From Octopus bimaculoides (lineage: Eukaryota): DNA of 64,000 nucleotides. Location of the stretch: positions 51,378,297 through 51,442,296 of the forward strand of contig NC_068986.1 in the NCBI RefSeq assembly GCF_001194135.2, given 5' to 3'. The translations under genes and the position numbers were made by a program. How positions within the stretch are numbered: position 1 is the stretch's first letter; every line of letters starts with the position of its first letter. The notes under the pieces are model-generated. The model saw only the letters and a program-made list of their open reading frames with translations, made no database searches and was not told the DNA's origin. Below are positions 26,336 to 39,542 of this stretch, piece by piece.

Positions 26336-27125
26336 AATAGTAATAACAATAATAAAGTGAATGGTCAAAAAAGATATTAACAAAGAATGCAATAAAATAA
26401 AAACAACAACTGAATAAATTCAATAAAATTTGAATACCAAAAGGAAAATTAATTTGAGATCATTTGAGGTTTTTTAATTATACAAATTAAATAGAGTAGA
26501 TAAATAAGGTATAAATGTCTTTAAGAAACACTGAAATGGAAAATTCAAGACTGATATAAACTAAATTTTTGATCATATTCTATGTCATTTAATTTTTTCT
26601 TTGTTCTTTACACTAAGTTAAGAAGTTTCTCAATCTCACCCAACTAATATTTTGGTATGGGATTTCAGGAATGGAAGTATGAGTGAATGAAGTTGTTGGG
26701 AGCTCATTAATTATATCTTTGTTCCTTCTGGATTAACCTGGAGTAGAGCATTCAGCTTTTTCATCAGCAGCAAATGTTGAGAAACCACAATTGGTCATCA
26801 TTAAGTAGGATAGAAGACGGTTATAGAAAAGTGTGTGTACTTTAACAGCTGGCATTTTGACAGAGTAATCTCCACCATGCCAAATCACAGCCTACTGGAA
26901 AATTCCAGGGTATACACTTTCAGTGTTTGGGGCCGATAATATTTATATATATATGTGCATGTATTATTCATAGAGGAAACCATATCAGAAAAACATAGTC
27001 AAGCTATGTTGAACTCAAAAAAAAAAAAATCTGTCTCAATGTTTTATTCATAACCATTTGGCTAAGATTATATATATTTTGCTGAAGTTGTAGATACAGC
27101 TAAAACATATTCATATATATATATA

Positions 27126-27161
<36 letters not shown>

Positions 27162-27409
27162 AGTTACTAACTACTCAAAGGTAGAGCTGTTTATGTGGTC
27201 AGGATTTGGCAGTATGCACAGTGAGCACGGCACAGGCAACAGGGGCCTCAATCAAAGCTGTTCTGTTCACTACTCTGTTCCAGACATTGTAAAAGATTAC
27301 AGATTACATAAGGAATTTTTAAAACTGCACTCATGTACTCCAAAACAAAACGAATTATGTTTGTATAAAATCTCAAATGCAGTTATATATTTACCTGAAG
27401 TAATATAAT

Positions 27410-28407
27410 NNNNNNNNNNNNNNNNNNNNNNNNNNNNNNNNNNNNNNNNNNNNNNNNNNNNNNNNNNNNNNNNNNNNNNNNNNNNNNNNNNNNNNNNNNN
27501 NNNNNNNNNNNNNNNNNNNNNNNNNNNNNNNNNNNNNNNNNNNNNNNNNNNNNNNNNNNNNNNNNNNNNNNNNNNNNNNNNNNNNNNNNNNNNNNNNNNN
27601 NNNNNNNNNNNNNNNNNNNNNNNNNNNNNNNNNNNNNNNNNNNNNNNNNNNNNNNNNNNNNNNNNNNNNNNNNNNNNNNNNNNNNNNNNNNNNNNNNNNN
27701 NNNNNNNNNNNNNNNNNNNNNNNNNNNNNNNNNNNNNNNNNNNNNNNNNNNNNNNNNNNNNNNNNNNNNNNNNNNNNNNNNNNNNNNNNNNNNNNNNNNN
27801 NNNNNNNNNNNNNNNNNNNNNNNNNNNNNNNNNNNNNNNNNNNNNNNNNNNNNNNNNNNNNNNNNNNNNNNNNNNNNNNNNNNNNNNNNNNNNNNNNNNN
27901 NNNNNNNNNNNNNNNNNNNNNNNNNNNNNNNNNNNNNNNNNNNNNNNNNNNNNNNNNNNNNNNNNNNNNNNNNNNNNNNNNNNNNNNNNNNNNNNNNNNN
28001 NNNNNNNNNNNNNNNNNNNNNNNNNNNNNNNNNNNNNNNNNNNNNNNNNNNNNNNNNNNNNNNNNNNNNNNNNNNNNNNNNNNNNNNNNNNNNNNNNNNN
28101 NNNNNNNNNNNNNNNNNNNNNNNNNNNNNNNNNNNNNNNNNNNNNNNNNNNNNNNNNNNNNNNNNNNNNNNNNNNNNNNNNNNNNNNNNNNNNNNNNNNN
28201 NNNNNNNNNNNNNNNNNNNNNNNNNNNNNNNNNNNNNNNNNNNNNNNNNNNNNNNNNNNNNNNNNNNNNNNNNNNNNNNNNNNNNNNNNNNNNNNNNNNN
28301 NNNNNNNNNNNNNNNNNNNNNNNNNNNNNNNNNNNNNNNNNNNNNNNNNNNNNNNNNNNNNNNNNNNNNNNNNNNNNNNNNNNNNNNNNNNNNNNNNNNN
28401 NNNNNNT
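27410..28407. other. largest assembly gap (N run)
   Basis: Other gaps: 1980-2354, 3180-3378, 15867-16072, 20087-20256, 21836-21845, 23140-23425, 30412-30421, 33841-33940, 36173-36618, 44356-44713 and 58155-58164. Most abut microsatellites. Confidence 1.
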
Positions 28408-29933
28408 ATATATATCCATACACATGCTAACAAAGTTAATAACCATGAAGACAAAAACTTAATCCAATAAAGAACAAAGCAATGTTTTGTTTGTTTTTTT
28501 ACTTTTTCCATTTTTAATATTTTAACACAAAGATTATATAAATTTGGGGGTCAAATGGAAGCAGAGAGGAATGAGTAGTACAGGTGTTATTATTATTATT
28601 ATTGTTACAATTATTCAATACAATATCACAAAAACAGAAATATCACTCAAGTAATAATAGTAGTAGTTGTAGTAGTAGTAGTAGTAGTAGTTAGTTGTAG
28701 TAGTAATATCATAGTTGAAACCATGCATTTAGACAAACACATGCATGCACTTATACATCATACAGTGATGGATGAAAAGACATCATCTGCTTCTGGGTTT
28801 TCGTCTCCTGTGTGCGTTCTTAGCTGTTTCAGGCAGTACTGACAGTCCATCAGCTTCCCATAGACACACAAACACATACACATATACATTCTCTCTTATA
28901 CACACACACATCTGCGCTGATGATAACACTCTCTTTGAATGATTATTTTTTTTACAGTTCTTTACTTTTGGCTTGGTTTTATTTATCATTTTTTCTTTGT
29001 GTTGTTTTCTTTCTTTGTTTCTTCACATTTATTAATATTATTATTATTGTTTTTTTTTTAAATACAGATATACATATATAGATTGATGAAAGTCTTTCGT
29101 AGATAGAATCCTCTGTAGTTTATTATGTTTTCATTTTAAAAATGTATTAAAGATCTTTTTGAAAAAAATAAAAAGTGGAAAAAACAATATGAGGATCTTT
29201 TCTTAATTATGTAAGACTAAATAATAATTAGCTGAAATACAATATATATATATATATATCCTAGCTCAATTGTGGAAAAAGATATAGATATTAAAATTAT
29301 GAAAAGGAAAAGTTTTTGAACATGATGTCAAATATTGATTTCTATTTTAAGGCTCATGGCCATTTCTTTATTTCTCATTGTAAAGGAAGGTTTAAAATTA
29401 AACAAACTGAATCAATTCCCAATATATTACTGGGACTTATATAAACAGCCTGCCTAAACATACACACTCCTTGTGGAGATGATAAATAAAAATTGGCACA
29501 AGCAGGATGTGAACTCAGAGCATAAAGGTATGAAACTAAATATTGTAATGAATTTTCTTTTAAGTCAGGCACTCTACTGTCTCAGCTACCTCCACTGCAT
29601 TAATATAAACCCAGCATAACAGTTCACTAAATTTAGAATAGTGGGGAGAGAGAAAGAGAGAGAAATTTTAAATTTTCACCAATTTAAAAACTAATTGTTT
29701 TATGACTTCTAAAATTTGCGTTTGACTAAATTAATTCTATTACTTACTGCAATACATTTTACCAATATTTTCTCCACCCATCCAATCATGATATAAGTAC
29801 TCAATAGTTTCACCTAGACACCACAGAGAAAGAAAATTAAACCCTATAATTACCAGGATGACTATGCCGACATGACAGTTTCAGTTTGGGTTAATTCAAT
29901 AGAATCTAGTCAAAACTAAATTTGTTATATAGC

Positions 29934-29973
<40 letters not shown>

Positions 29974-30320
29974 ACCTATTAAACTCATAAAGCATAATTT
30001 CAGATATTTAATATTAACTACTCTTGACTAGACACCAACAAAATCTCAGGTTTAAAAAAGGACAGGAAATTGGATACTGTTAACATTCATAATTTCTTCA
30101 AAGGTAATAGCAACATAAACCAAGTGAAATGGCTTCAGCTAGAAATCATAGGACATCACAGACCTGTTTCACAGAGAGTTCACCTCCAATTGCAACAATA
30201 CCAAATGCTGACAGCAATAAAAATCAAAACAAAACATGTCCCAGGGAAATCTGAATTAAAAGACCCTTTTATCTTTATGAAGATTCTCAAAAGCAAAGTC
30301 TTTAACTTTGCACAATAACT

Positions 30321-30411
<91 letters not shown>

Positions 30412-30421
30412 NNNNNNNNNN

Positions 30422-30478
<57 letters not shown>

Positions 30479-30957
30479 TAGATAGATAGATAACACTTTT
30501 ACTCACCAACATTTGTGACCGTTTATCTAACAACAACAGTGTTTTTACAATATGCAAAAGGCAGCGGAACCTCCTCTAGAATGCAGCCAAACCTTTAAAA
30601 TGACTAGGTTTAAAAAGGATCAAAATTGAAATCTTCAAACACTACCATATCCATACATGGAAAGAGGTCATTATAACCAACCAATATATGCAAATTTGAG
30701 ATGCAGAACCTCAGAGTTAGTTCTAAATATTTAAACATGAAAGAACAATAATAGCATTCTTCAGTCACATTTAACTAGGGCTACTTAGTAACGATCACAA
30801 CAACAACAACAACAACAACAGTAATAATACAGCTGTCATCAAATCACAAATTATTTCACAGTTAAAATTCAAGACTTATATTTCACTATGTTGAGCCAAG
30901 TGCACATGTGTGAGTAGGTATGTGCATGTGTGTGTGTATATATATATGTGTTTGAAA

Positions 30958-30988
<31 letters not shown>

Positions 30989-31497
30989 TCAGAGAAAAAT
31001 CAATGAAAAATGTATGCATGTGTATTTCAGCATTTGAGATGATATTTTTCTGTAGGTTTGATAGAGTGCTAGATACTTCTGTGAGAGATAGAGCAGGACT
31101 CAGCATTTAATATTAGTATGTAAATCGGTAAATGTAAAATTAATTCACATGCACACTATATATCATATGAGTGTATGTGTGTGTGCATGCAAAGGTTTGA
31201 TATATATGTGTGTGTGTGTGTGGGGGGGGTCATTTATATATAAATCTCATTGCATGTTGGTGCATGTGATTGTCAAAGCCTAATATCTAATTAAAATTAA
31301 TAAGACCATCTCATACAATAATGCCTCAGGGCTTTCCCCATAAGGAAACAATGCTCAAGCTTTGATCCAGATATCCTTTAACATAATCTAGATGTTTGAA
31401 TATCATTTTTCCTTCTAAAATTATATCACATTAATAGATGCTCCAGTGAATTAAGTATATCATGAATTCAATCAACAATCTCTTTACAGAAACTTGA

Positions 31498-31535
<38 letters not shown>

Positions 31536-31961
31536 GTAAACACCCATTAACACAATAAAACAAAATGTTTTGTAGTTAAAGAGTGAATATAAAAAAAGAA
31601 TATCACAGACAACTGTGAGATAAACCCTTATCCATTGAATATTTTTATTCAGATTTTTTTCCCCATGACAAAAAATTTCAAAAGAAAATGTAAACATTTA
31701 AAAATAAAACAAATACCATTGTCAATTTTATAACATGCCGATTGGCAGTAACAAAGATACCAATAATTATATCTACAGACTGAAAGATCCTTTAACAAAT
31801 ATAACCGAGAGAAAACTCAAGGCAGCAGTAACAAATTCTCAAAGTAACAAGAGTAAACTCGGAAAATAACAAAACATCAACTGAGCTGATGCAAAAGAAT
31901 AGCATTAACCACCATCATAATCATTCCGGAAATAAGACATGTCTGTAAAAATACCAAAGTA

Positions 31962-31996
<35 letters not shown>

Positions 31997-34640
31997 TGCA
32001 TGTATAATATAAACATATATATATATATATACACACACACACAGACATACATACATAGATACATGCCTGGTAAAAATAGAACTGAAGTTTTCATCTTTTT
32101 TCAAAACATTCCCATTTTCTACAGGATTCTAGTTTCATGATTACAAAAACCCTTTGAAACTTGAGATTTCAAAAATATCCAGAAATGAATTCGAACTGAG
32201 ATTAATTTACTGATACTGTGACCCCCATGAAATTTAGATTAACACTAGTTCCATAATTCAAAAAGGAATGCCACTTAAATATGCTTAAGATGTACAGTTA
32301 GTTTCCATTGTCCAAACATTAAATCTTTATGTTAATATACTTTCCAAGTTGTTTCTGGCAACTGAAGACAATGGCAACTAAACTTTTTTCTCCTCCTCCT
32401 CCTCCTCCTCACTTAGAGTGAACGATTCTTCTTTAGTCTTCTATCTATTGACTAAAGGTAATATTTGGACTACCTTTTAGTGGTTTACATATAGCAAACT
32501 AAGGGAGTTTATAATTTATATATTTTTGAAATTTTTTTCTTCTTAAATAGGCAAATATATTGTGATATCCAGTGCAGAGTTATTGACTGTAGATCAAAGT
32601 GTTTTGAAATTACAAAATTAAAGATGCATACTACAAACATATAACCATTTTTACATGCATAATTTAATTTTTTTTTAACTACAAAAAAGGTTTCCCATTC
32701 TTTATAACATTGGAAATAACCAAATGGACTATAATATATATATATGTATATACATGTGTGTATGTGTATGTAAGTGTGTGTGTGTGTGTGTGTGCCAAAA
32801 TTATTGTTAAAATGTAACAGAGTAAGTAACAAAGTTAAATACAGTTGAATCAATGCTCCTTTGGTGCATTGTAAAAGCACTCGTGAATGTTGTGTGTCCA
32901 ATACGAACAATTAGAAAAAAATTGCTTTTGAAAATAATTTATTTAATTTTATGGGAGACACATAACTACTGAATGTATGTGAGTTGACAGCTTACATCAC
33001 GTTAACACATTATTTTGTTCCAAAAACAAAATATTTCAATTTTTTTAAAAAAGAAAGGAACAAAAAAAAAAACTTTTTCTTTTACTACTTCAGTTTAATT
33101 TTTTTGGTAAAGCTTAAAAAGCTTAGAATAACTTTGAAATAGTTATCACTTTAAATCCATCAACATTTGTTTAATATTTAACTATGTCCTTGAACTTATA
33201 AAATAATTTTTTCTATTTAGAGTAAAAAGAAATGTCTATTTGATTTTTGACTAATAGAAAGAAAGAAATCATAATTAATTAAAATGTTATAAGACTTATT
33301 GTTAAACAAATCACTTAGATATCCTAATCACATTTCTTAAAAAAGAAATCACAAAATATTTCAATATAAGTGATAAAAGGTACAGAAATAAATCTTTTTG
33401 TAGAGTGAATAAATAAAAATATTTTGAATCTACCTTCACTCACCAGGTTAGCAAATGATGCTCTAATTAACAACAATGTTTAATGACTAATCACAATTAG
33501 TTTTATACACATTTTGTGTACATGTGCACAAATGTAGAAACGTGCATGTGTGAGTATAAATGAAGGCATATGCATCATATACACATAGTGTATGCATGCA
33601 CTGTACATATACACACAGTATGTATGTTATTGTATATGCTTCCTTACATATCTATAAAAGTTCTCAGTATATAATTGTATGGTATCATGAATTTGAAATT
33701 ATACCTAGCTTATAAGCACAATTCATCTGATAAAGAGAGGTCACTTCTGTGGGTCTGAAAGCTATCTATGTACAAATATTCCGTGTGTGCGTGTGTGTGT
33801 GTGTGCGTGTGCGTGTGCGTGTGCGTGTGTGTGTGTGTGTNNNNNNNNNNNNNNNNNNNNNNNNNNNNNNNNNNNNNNNNNNNNNNNNNNNNNNNNNNNN
33901 NNNNNNNNNNNNNNNNNNNNNNNNNNNNNNNNNNNNNNNNTATATATGAATGCACACACATATATACACAAATATGTATATTTGTGTATACATTTGCATG
34001 TATACATACACATACAAATGTATTTCTTTTCTTCTATTCGCACCTCAAATAATTAATCAAATCTTTTCAAAAGAAATATTTGTACATGCTTAAGAAAATT
34101 CTAGCTTACAATTCATACAATAATACACATTTTCTAATGGGTGATCATTTAATGACAAGAGAAAGATATTTACTGTACATACCTACCTGCATACAGATTA
34201 GATACAATGTATTGGATACAAAATATTTTAAGAAGCTGGAATTACACATCCTTGTAACAAAGGAGATGGTAATGGAATAGTTTCACAATCATATTTATTT
34301 ATGTTGCAGTTGACAAATATCTTATCCAGGAACATAGTATGCTTTCATCCTCTTAATGCTACAGTAGCAGAATCAAGTTCAGATGAATGGACTTAATCTA
34401 AGCATGCGCATGTAGACTGAAGAACAACAGTTAAGCAGGGTAATCTTGGATCTGTGGAGTTTTCTCCTCTATCATGAGGCCTACATTGTAGTTGTATTTG
34501 CTTATTTTGTATATTAGGTATTACTTTTATTTCATTTCACCCTTTCCCTTTTCTGCCCCCATTTAATTTATCTAAACCATCACACAAGTTATAAACAGGC
34601 CTTATCCCTCATCTGGTAAATAAAAGAAATTATTATTATT

Positions 34641-35008
34641 GCCTCCACTTTAGCGAAGGCAGAGGTGTTGTTTTCAGTTGTATTTGTTTGTTTGTCCTTG
34701 GACAAGATATCTCGAGAACTGCAGGATGGATTTGGATGAAACTTTCAGGGATGTTTGTCCTAATGACTGGCATGAACTGATTAGATTTTGGGAGGGATTG
34801 ATCCAGTACCAGACAAGGATTCTGGATTATTTTTCCTGCTTTTTTACATAATTTTTGAGAGCGGTTGAGGTTCCGTTTTAATATTCTTGTTTGTGAGAGC
34901 AGTAGAGTTTATTTCAAATATTCTCATTTAAAAAATCATCTCTGGCTAATTGTTGAGAGGATGTTGGTGTTGCCTTGGCAGAGGTTTGTGCTCTCTGAGC
35001 GCTCTTGT
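34641..35008 (+). mobile_element. Helentron-associated (HINE/DINE-like) non-autonomous element
   Basis: 5' gcctccactttagcgaaggcagagg, then a (GTTT)n patch, ggatggatttggatgaaac, and 3' gccttggcagaggtttgtgctctctgagcgctcttg. This is the typical subterminal-IR architecture. Confidence 0.6.
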
Positions 35009-35017
35009 TATTATTAC

Positions 35018-35055
<38 letters not shown>

Positions 35056-35059
35056 GTAT

Positions 35060-35502
35060 TAAGGTGGCAAGCTGGCAGAATTGTTAACACACCAGGCAAA
35101 ATGTCTAGCGGCATTTCTTCTGTCACTACATTCTGAGTTAAAATTCTGTAGAGGTCAACTGAGCCTTTCATCCTTTCAGGATCAGAAATTAAGTACCAGT
35201 TGAACTCTGGGGTTGATGTAATCAACTAGTTCCCTCTCTGCCAAATTTCAGGCCTTGTGCTTAAATTAGAAAAGACTATTATTACTATTATTATTAAGGC
35301 AGCAAACTAGCAGAATTTTCGACATGCTGGACAAAATACTTAACCACTTTTTATCTGTCTTCATGTTCTGAGTTCAAATTCTGCCATGGTCAACTTTGTA
35401 TTTCATTTTTTTCAAGGGTTGATGAAATAAATTCCAGTTGAACACTGGGGTCTATGTAACTCACCCACAAAATTTCAAGCCTTGTGCCTATAGTAGGAAG
35501 GA
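35060..35502 (+). mobile_element. 2 family-B SINEs in (ATT)n
   Basis: Copies at about 35060-35278 and 35297-35502, with heavy CpG decay. Confidence 0.8.
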
Positions 35503-36127
35503 TTATTATTATTATTATTATTTTCATTATTATGCCTCTCCTGCTTCAGTAGCAATAATTGGATGAGATTGTAGAATGTTCCCAGATATTTTAGAGCCTA
35601 CTGTCCAGAGAATTAATCTATGTAGAAATAGAGAGCAATGTGATGCTGTAGTACATGAAACATAGTTTCATGCAACAGTTGTGCTAGAGACATGGATGTA
35701 TACAGTTATTTTGAAAAGTACTTTAACCCATTCAATCAACAAGGTCACCTAAAGTTTTAATATACTTTTGCATAACATTGCTTTCTGGATATTAACATTA
35801 ATGAGTAAATATGATTGGTGTACTAATCCATACACTGATTTTTTTATATATTAACATTGAGCAATTATAACTGATGAACCAATCCACACTTTATGAGTTT
35901 GAGTAAATAATTAGAATCAAGAAAGATTGTTGTTGTTGTTTTTATCTTTAGTAGAAACACTAACACCAAGTATAAATAATGAGCTGAAATTGTTGAATTA
36001 GATCAATTTAAAGTAAAATTACTGACTATTTGATTGATAGTGTTGATATTTATTGGTCAAAGAAGATGGTTTAATAGTCCTTAAGTTTCATATTAAATGT
36101 TAATATATGTGTGTGTATGTGTATGTG

Positions 36128-36172
<45 letters not shown>

Positions 36173-36779
36173 NNNNNNNNNNNNNNNNNNNNNNNNNNNN
36201 NNNNNNNNNNNNNNNNNNNNNNNNNNNNNNNNNNNNNNNNNNNNNNNNNNNNNNNNNNNNNNNNNNNNNNNNNNNNNNNNNNNNNNNNNNNNNNNNNNNN
36301 NNNNNNNNNNNNNNNNNNNNNNNNNNNNNNNNNNNNNNNNNNNNNNNNNNNNNNNNNNNNNNNNNNNNNNNNNNNNNNNNNNNNNNNNNNNNNNNNNNNN
36401 NNNNNNNNNNNNNNNNNNNNNNNNNNNNNNNNNNNNNNNNNNNNNNNNNNNNNNNNNNNNNNNNNNNNNNNNNNNNNNNNNNNNNNNNNNNNNNNNNNNN
36501 NNNNNNNNNNNNNNNNNNNNNNNNNNNNNNNNNNNNNNNNNNNNNNNNNNNNNNNNNNNNNNNNNNNNNNNNNNNNNNNNNNNNNNNNNNNNNNNNNNNN
36601 NNNNNNNNNNNNNNNNNNGATAGATATTATTAAAAAAGAAAGATCTACATGCTAACTAAAGGAATAGTTTGATTTCATTTCTTTTGCATAAAATGTTTTA
36701 AACTGGCTGACTTGATAAAACTAGAGAGATAAATAAACTTACAGGTCACAAAAATAGTCTCTGAATGTCAAAGATTTAT

Positions 36780-36910
36780 TTCATGTATGGTCATACAACA
36801 ACTTGCAGAAGATGTTGGATGCCAAGTTGAAGACCTAAAAACACTAATGGAAGATTGGGAAGGATGGAGAGAGGTAGTCAGGCTGGCCTGGGTAATCAGC
36901 CTAACTGAAT
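36780..36910 (+). mobile_element. RTE-type LINE C-terminal remnant
   Basis: IQQLAEDVGCQVEDLKTLMEDWEGWREVV resembles RTE C-termini (YIDQLxxDTGCxxEEL...MxDRxxWR). Confidence 0.55.
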
Positions 36911-39511
36911 GATGTCTTGATAAGAAAAAAAAAAAATAAATAAATAAACAACCATCAGGTTGAGAGAAAAGTAATGCAACTATTTTGCACTTAAATAATA
37001 AATGCAGGTCTTTAAATTTAGACATTCATATGAATTTTCAGAGAATTGCAACTGATCAAAATATTAAAACATCACCAGGCAGAGCAGTCTTAGCAGTGTT
37101 AAAGACACTTCAGGGATATCAATGTGCCTGGCACATACTGACAGTAAGCCACAAAATTCATAGATTAAAATTGGGCCCCTAGACCTGTGAAGCCTCTGGG
37201 CAACTGCCCTGTGAGCTCATGCCTTAAGACGGTAATGCTACCAGACCAACAGCTGAAGTTTCAACAGTTTTGCTCATATCATCAACACTGTACCATGTTC
37301 TTGGTAAAGAAACTTAAATCTGGGTGGTCCAAGTCTAGTTATAACTGATGAGAAAAATGAAAAATGGCTTCTACTCCTTTGATTGATAATACGTAATAAT
37401 ATGGTGGCATGTTGCTAAGGAAATAACCATTACTTTACCACTTAATGCACTGAAATGAGATAAACATTGGTCTGTTATAATCCCTTTTTTTTAATTAATA
37501 GCAACACCCGAGAAGAAACGATGGGGATAAATGTTTTCTTAGTTACATAGTTACTCTCTCTTTCAATTTAATTTCCTTTATGTATGTGCAGAAAAAAAGA
37601 GCAATATGTGTGAGAGAAAGATTTAAAAGAAAAAGAGACAAATAAAAAGAGAGGAGAAGACTACATGAAAGAGAGAGAGAGAGAAAGGAAGACAAAGAAA
37701 ATAAGACGGATAAAGAGAGAGAGGAAGATTGAAAGAAAAAGAGACATATAAAGAGAGAGAGGAAAGTAAGCTAGAGACAAAGAGAAAATATATATTTCCA
37801 TATAAAGAAAAGCAAAGCACCATTACCACTATGCCAACATAGGAGCCTTAAACAGCCGTTCTATTTGATAGAAATAGTAGCCAAATACTGTTTGTTCATG
37901 CATTAGCCCTTTTATATAAAAGATACATTAGAAAATGCAATCTTAGATAACTCTAAAAAGACAGGATGGTCAAGGCTGCAGTACCTTTGACCATAGTTCT
38001 ATTCAATAAATGTTGACCTGAATAATAACAATATTAAAAACCTTTTCATAATTTATTAACACCAGTGATTCTATAGATATATTTTCATTCCTTGGCTGAA
38101 GAAAAGAATTTTTCTTTGAACATGTGTTGAGTGAGAAAATAATAAAACAATTAATTAAGTATAGAGATTGATCTGAAATATAAATCGTAGCACTCCTATA
38201 TTGTAACAAATTAAATCTGATTTAAAATAAGCACTGAACCAAAAATATAAATCTTTAATAGCAGAGTTAAATAAACCATCTCCAGCTTTGACAACATAAA
38301 TATTGTAGTTGTTGTATTTGTATTAATGTTCACATTGATGAAATCATAAATAAATAAATATAAGTGTTGCCTATTCAACACACCTATATGCTGGAATTAT
38401 TTAAAGTTGGGTGTTATTTTGGGGTTAAAGAACAAAATAATCAAGTAATTATTGATGATCCCTTAATTTTAGTAGAGAATCTTGAAGTACTAGTCTAATT
38501 CACACAAATATACACTCATATACATCCTATGTATATATTCATTCACACCAATGAACATTTCCACTTGCTGTAAAAATACTGAAAACTTCACAATAACCTT
38601 TCACGTTTCTTCGTTATGTTATTATTTTCAAAAATATATTATTTTTGGTGCAAATTATTTCTCAAAAGAAAAGATGTATAATTAAAAGGGATCCAGCTAA
38701 ATAGATATTAAGTGATTTATTTTTTAATTTTAATTTGAAAAATGTGATAAAAATAAAGTTAAATTAATATATTTTTAGCATAAGTATTTGTTCATTATAG
38801 ATTATTTCACATTGGAATTTTTTTAAAATTTAAAGTGATATATTAGTAATTGTGTCTACTTTAAACTACGAGTAGTTATTAGGAAACCTTTTTCCTTTTT
38901 GTCTTCAGCATTTGATTTTTCAGCTGCAAAGAAGGAAGCAAATTTGAATTATTATTGGCAGTTTCGGTGGTTAGCATGTACTTTATTCATCTGAAATTGA
39001 AGAAAACTAAGTTGGAAGTATAGTAATGATTTATATTTGCTTTTAAAAAGGAAGAAAATGTAAACAGTCCCTCTCGTTAACGTCTTCGTATTTTACGGTA
39101 AAGAAAAAAATTACTTAAGGGAAATAACTCCATTGCGCAAGGGAGGGAAGCAGGCATTACATATTTAACACGTTTTCAAATCTCTGGATGACAATTTTTT
39201 TTTTTATTTAGAAATTATCAGCCAATTTTATACTTCAAAATAAGTTAGTGTTGACGGCTATATTCGCCACTCAATTTTTGTTTATTTATTAACTTATCAA
39301 AATTAATCTATTAATAGAGTCTTATTGTGTTTACATAAACGCATCAAGTATTAGAAAAATAACAATCTTAAGCTAAGGTTATTTTAATGAATGGTAAAAC
39401 TATGTGAAAAGGCTTCACTTAGAGTGGGATAAACCAAGAAATATAACATAGAATTGTATTGATTTACAATTCCTTGTTTCATATTCACATAATCGTTGTG
39501 CCAACGAAACC

Positions 39512-39542
39512 AACTGAGCTGAGTCAACAAGGAAACTTTATA
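39512..39542 (-). promoter_or_regulatory. candidate core promoter: TATA box plus TCAGTT initiator
   Basis: TATAAA at 39542-39537 and TCAGTT with its A at 39515 (TATA at -27), inside a local CpG-retaining region (about 38600-40830). Confidence 0.35.

Noticed and set aside
27388-27409. YITSG next to the 1-kb gap, resembling the NCX C-terminus, with a CAG|gtaaat donor-like site
   Set aside because: Only 5 residues match, and no continuing exon was found to the left. It can be rechecked once the gap is filled.
28760-28860. Minus frame YGKLMDCQYCLKQLRTHTGDENPEADD with a zinc-finger-like THTG
   Set aside because: C2H2 spacing is incomplete and there is no acceptor.
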